A stretch of 62,609 nt of DNA, counting the filler, from Asterionella formosa (taxonomy: Eukaryota): the NCBI GenBank assembly GCA_002256025.1. It is 16 parts of 16 records of this genome, joined end to end, with 100 filler letters (N's around TTAATTAATTAA, not from the genome) between each part and the next. Parts side by side here need not be neighbours in the genome. Positions count along the whole stretch, not along the records: positions 60,632 to 62,609 come from NKIB01000719.1; 15 more parts are not named here. The stretch is one strand, 5' to 3'. Both the position numbers and the translations under genes were made by a program. Below are positions 61,590-62,609 of the stretch, piece after piece (position 1 is the first letter of the stretch; each line of letters starts with the position of its first letter). The notes under the pieces were generated by a model, which was given only the letters and a program-made list of their open reading frames with translations, searched no databases and was not told the origin of the DNA.

Positions 61590-62609
61590 GGTTGCGGATT
61601 GTTTTTCATGGCCGTACGCTTTGAGGATGTCAAATGATGCCTTATTTGCAACTCTAAATCACCAGCAGAACAAACATATATGCGGGAACTACGGTATTCT
61701 TGCCTAAAGTCAAGAACTCATTCCGTAACTTTGGTAATCTGGCTGGTGCTCTATGTACTGAGCAATCAATTGCAGGCAAGACAAACTATCCCAAAGGGTT
61801 GGGCCATACCTGGGCCAGTGCCAGTGCACGCCCAGCCAATCAGTCGCTCAGTTATAAATACCTACTAGCAAGCGGTTTAGTAGCCCCCCAGATTCATTTA
61901 TCATTGGATAACTTTTTTCAACCGTTACTGCGACAAACGATGAGATCGTAAATGCATGACAAGAAAAGTCTCACTTTAAGCTAAGTTAGCTAGTCAAGGA
62001 TTACAGAAAAGGCAGGGTTCAGCATTGGTTAATGTTCCGTCAATAAAGCCAACAAAGCCATGAGAGGATCTCGAGACCAATGCGCACAGATAGCCAAACC
62101 TAACAGTCGTGAGGCCAGGGTTGTCTCATCAACAGGTCCCAGAAATTCCTCAGCTTCTTGAAACCGAAAAAGTTCCTGAAGCAGCAGCTCCAGTCAGGTG
62201 AATGCAAAGGCAAATACCATCACAGAGATTACTCGAGAACATCGAACAAAGGTTGTTAGAGGGCGTGATCTACATTCATAGTCTCAAGATATGAGTGACT
62301 AGCCGCAAATGCGATGGGATCATTCATTTGTTCCTGGATCTAATATTCCTCATTTCCCTCCAGATAATCAACCACCGATAGGTACCCTACCACCCAATAT
62401 CTAGTGCAGCGCACACAACCCCGCCGCCCAACTGATATTATTTAATTTCACTCTGCTTCTGAGGGGCGCTTTGCACCGCCTTGGCAGTGCGACCCATGAA
62501 TCTCCACAATCGTAGTAGTCGAGCTTCATTAAAGCGTACTCTAAAATTTTATATATCTCTATTGATAGCGTCATACATGCACATATCGCCAAATGCTGTG
62601 CGTTTTATA

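Noticed and set aside
61600..62330. Minus-strand GFVGFIDGT resembling a Harbinger catalytic motif
   Set aside because: It is an isolated motif among many stops, with no other supporting motif recognised.

Overview
Eukaryotic nuclear DNA, most likely from a diatom. The evidence is CoDi-like Ty1/copia elements, a CHASE-cyclase, a PGRL1 fragment, short GT-AG introns and compact, mostly intronless genes. Only 1-31391 is one contiguous piece. The rest is 15 unrelated contigs of about 1.98 kb, joined by an artificial 100-nt spacer (44 N + TTAATTAATTAA + 44 N), so adjacency after 31.4 kb means nothing. The long contig holds housekeeping genes: F-box, mitochondrial carrier, CHASE-guanylate/adenylate cyclase, UPF0489, RRP42, CCDC130/CWC16, TTC14-like and TCD/TcdA. 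A roughly 10 kb AT-rich block of decayed repeats lies among them. The short contigs hold transposon pieces (copia, LINE, Plavaka, pogo-like, PIF/Harbinger) and partial genes (SIS-domain protein, trypsin, PDI, UBZ finger, Crinkler-like header). The most notable signals are: (1) about 30 copies of the palindrome TACCGGTA and relatives, where two paralogous filled/empty site pairs show TA becoming TACCGGTA, suggesting genome-wide transposon excision scars; (2) a copia gag-UGA-pol junction in one frame with a stem-loop just after the stop, a readthrough candidate; (3) a two-copy tRNA-derived SINE-like family with a structured 3' body; (4) a PGRL1 exon fragment fused to a large unclassified repeat. 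All calls are by eye; no searches were run.
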